In this document: positions 61,652-64,000 of the stretch, in pieces
How positions within the stretch are numbered: the first letter of the stretch is position 1
Layout of the letters: each line of letters begins with the position of its first letter
Translations under genes and position numbers: made by a program
The notes under the pieces: generated by a model
Databases searched by the model: none
The model's input: only the letters and a program-made list of their open reading frames with translations
Told to the model about the DNA's origin: nothing
From: Penicillus capitatus
Lineage: Eukaryota; Plantae; Chlorophyta
Assembly (NCBI GenBank): GCA_965649825.1
Contig: OZ287708.1
Coordinates: 639,411 to 703,410 of the forward strand
Direction of reading: 5' to 3'
DNA: 64,000 bases

Positions 61652-62920
61652 TTAAATACATCGACTCTCGAAGAAACAATGCCTTCGCTGCGAAAGAGGG
61701 TTTTCGCTTTCCATTTCGTCAGATGGTGTTTTCAAACTGAGCTTAAGTTTCGCACACTGACCGGCGTCGGATCCAAGGGGATAGATATGCTCACCAAAAC
61801 AGTCACACTTAATCTTGGCAACATCCGAGACGCGCATCATGCAACACGGTATTCGCCGTCGAATATCTCGCTGATAGGTCGTTCCTTTTGGCAAGTAAAC
61901 AAACGACGCATCTCTTTGGTTGCACTACCGACTGGACAATGTCTCCAGATGATTAGTATTTCTCCATGGTGAAGATGACGCATGCTTCACATTCACAAAG
62001 GCTAGTAGCTTGCGCGATGTTGAAGCGTCTTGCGCGAAAACTTGATAATACGCACAAGAATGCTATTCGGTTGAAGAGAAACTTTTGCAGGTCCATTCGT
62101 AATGGCAGTTGGTGCTGACAACACGTTATCAGTCATCATCCTTAAACCCCATCCATGCGTTGAACAACGAGACGCGGCACCCGTTTCTATTCGCGTCTCG
62201 CTCAGACGGATACCGCTAAAAAATACTCTGGCATCACTTGTGCTGTGCGCCATTCGATCCCCGAGGCAGCATCGTCTCAGCGTCCATTCGGACCTGACCA
62301 ACCAACCAACCATAACTACGCAGCACGGTGGATATCTAGGCAGCAACAAGACATTCCGTCCGTTCTCCGGATTTCTCAGCGCATTGCTGGACGTGTGCCT
62401 CTCGATGGATGGATGGATATTATCCGTGGTCCACAGAACAGCAAACGTGTCCCGTGCCGAAGACGACGATTCACGCTGCTTATCCCTTTAGCGAATTCAC
62501 ACTGCGTTATCCACTCTGCATTGTAACCTGCTGACGGATTCCATTCCTCCCGGTTCCAAGAGAAACGGGTCCTTAGCAGTCGATGACGAGCGTACGTTGC
62601 CGTCATCATTACCTAATGCACTCAGGCAGATAAGCATGAGTGATCTCCTACTGGTCTGTGGAGGCACATCTCCACAGTTTATCTGCCGTTCACGCCGTAT
62701 CCGATGACGTTAGGCCATATACTTGTGGCTGGCAGAGCTCCAGCGGGTTTTCTTCATGCAATCGATGATGCTTTTTATGACGCAGCCAGGTAGCACTTGG
62801 ATTATTTGCCTTCCCGTCCATCCAAACATAGCAGTCGTTGGTCAGATAGCGTATCGCCGTTTGTCGACCGACTTCCGAAGGAGTCGTGTTCGGAGCATTA
62901 GTTTCTCGTTTCTGCCACAT
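61652..62920 (-). CDS. Possible hypothetical multi-exon gene
   Basis: A chain of minus-strand ORFs (62690-62920, 62002-62349, 61652-61894) with intron-sized gaps. Exon structure unresolved. Confidence 0.25.
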
Positions 62921-62922
62921 CG

Positions 62923-63450
62923 ATGCCGACGGACTCTCCAATGGCTTTTTACGGATGCAGTGGTCTAACAGCAGATGCAGACAACGTGCTCGTCTACCCA
63001 GCCAATACGCACGTTCGCATTATTGGAAACAAAAGAACGCAGGCGTCGCTTACTGGCCAAGAGGGTATTGTGATTAAGACGGTCGGTCTGGGCGGATGGC
63101 ACTGGTTGGAGCTGAAGAACGGCACAACTGTCAAAGTGCAACGCAATGCGCTCTGTCTGGTGGATGACGCTGCATCGGATAGCTGCTTTGAAGGAGCCTC
63201 GACTCCGTCTGAGAGATCCAGCACTCGTGGATGCTCAGAGTTCCATTCATTAATGGCACGTACCGCTGGCGGTGTCAACCTGCAGAAACTCAGCACGATG
63301 GCCTTGATGAGATACGCCCACCTCTATGGACTCCGCATCGGACCGCGCGTCAGTCGTGATGTCTTAATCAAACATGTACTGTGGCATTTCGAGTCGTTGT
63401 CGACCGACGAATCGTCGATTCTGACGTCTTTGTGCCAGCGAGGCCGTTAG
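62923..63450 (+). CDS. SAP30 Sin3-binding-domain protein with an N-terminal KOW/SH3-like module (plant At1g19330-like), intronless
   Basis: VRIIGNKRTQASLTGQEGIVIKTVGLGGWHWLELKNGTTVKVQRNAL; VNLQKLSTMALMRYAHLYGL...SRDVLIKHVLWHF...DESSILTSL. Confidence 0.8.
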   Translation: MPTDSPMAFYGCSGLTADADNVLVYPANTHVRIIGNKRTQASLTGQEGIVIKTVGLGGWHWLELKNGTTVKVQRNALCLVDDAASDSCFEGASTPSERSSTRGCSEFHSLMARTAGGVNLQKLSTMALMRYAHLYGLRIGPRVSRDVLIKHVLWHFESLSTDESSILTSLCQRGR

Positions 63451-64000
63451 GTTCTAGGAAATGATCATACAGGAAGCAGATCGCACGTGTTCTCTGACTC
63501 AACATCTGAAGATCATTGAGAGATCAAATGCTTCCGTGTACGTACAAAGAATCTTAGGTGGTAGATTTGACGATCTACATCAATGACATGTGTTTGTCCT
63601 TTCGGAAATGTCATCTCAGGCGGAGAGGTCTATTCTTAACACGTTTCTCTTGAACCTTATCATGTCTTGTTAGCATTTTTTGGAAACTGTACGAACACCC
63701 TGCCAGTTACCTACTTTGTTTGTTTGTTCGTTCGATCGTTACAGAATCGATTTGTTGAGTGTCTCGATGGACAGACAGAAAGATACACAACATCCTTCTT
63801 TTCATTTTTGCCGTTGCGTCTCTTTTATAAATTCTTTGTGGGGTCAGGATGATTTGGCCTTTGTGTCTCAAATCGAACGTCGTCGATTCGGACAACTACT
63901 CGAGCGGCGTGGATGGCGGCAATACTCAGTCCTTCGTTATTTTCTCCATGCGACTTAACATCTCTTTCATTTGCGCATCCGTCGCGCGTTCGATCGTGTA

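Noticed and set aside
63460-64000. 3' end of a minus-strand gene entering from the window edge
   Set aside because: Only ~24 protein-like codons (YTIERATDAQMKEMLSRMEKITKD) are visible, which is not enough to call.

Overview
This is eukaryotic nuclear DNA from a very compact green alga. Plastid SecA, a class II PTEN-domain formin, DUF506, B12D and CDC48B point to Viridiplantae, and ARMC9 implies a flagellated stage; the species cannot be fixed from sequence alone. About 36 protein-coding genes fill the window almost edge to edge. They use the standard genetic code and are broken by tiny introns (mostly 42-70 nt), which is why the ORF track is fragmented. I assembled the gene models by eye, so exon boundaries and some ends are approximate. 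Main observations: (1) divergent gene pairs whose start codons are only 2-23 nt apart, most notably DHCR7/TMEM147 sharing the palindrome CATCGATG; (2) co-directional genes 7-29 nt apart, which are bicistron candidates; (3) an ATCGAT-rich dispersed repeat family in three copies, each in the same orientation just behind a stop codon; (4) an intronless, catalytically degenerate retroelement integrase-derived gene head-to-head with an intronless bacterial-type xylulokinase; (5) a CNRIP1-family gene in an alga; (6) a 13-repeat Ala-rich helical protein; (7) a double-guide C/D snoRNA in the only long intron noticed; (8) several GC-AG introns. I saw no rRNA, tRNA, CRISPR array or intact transposon.
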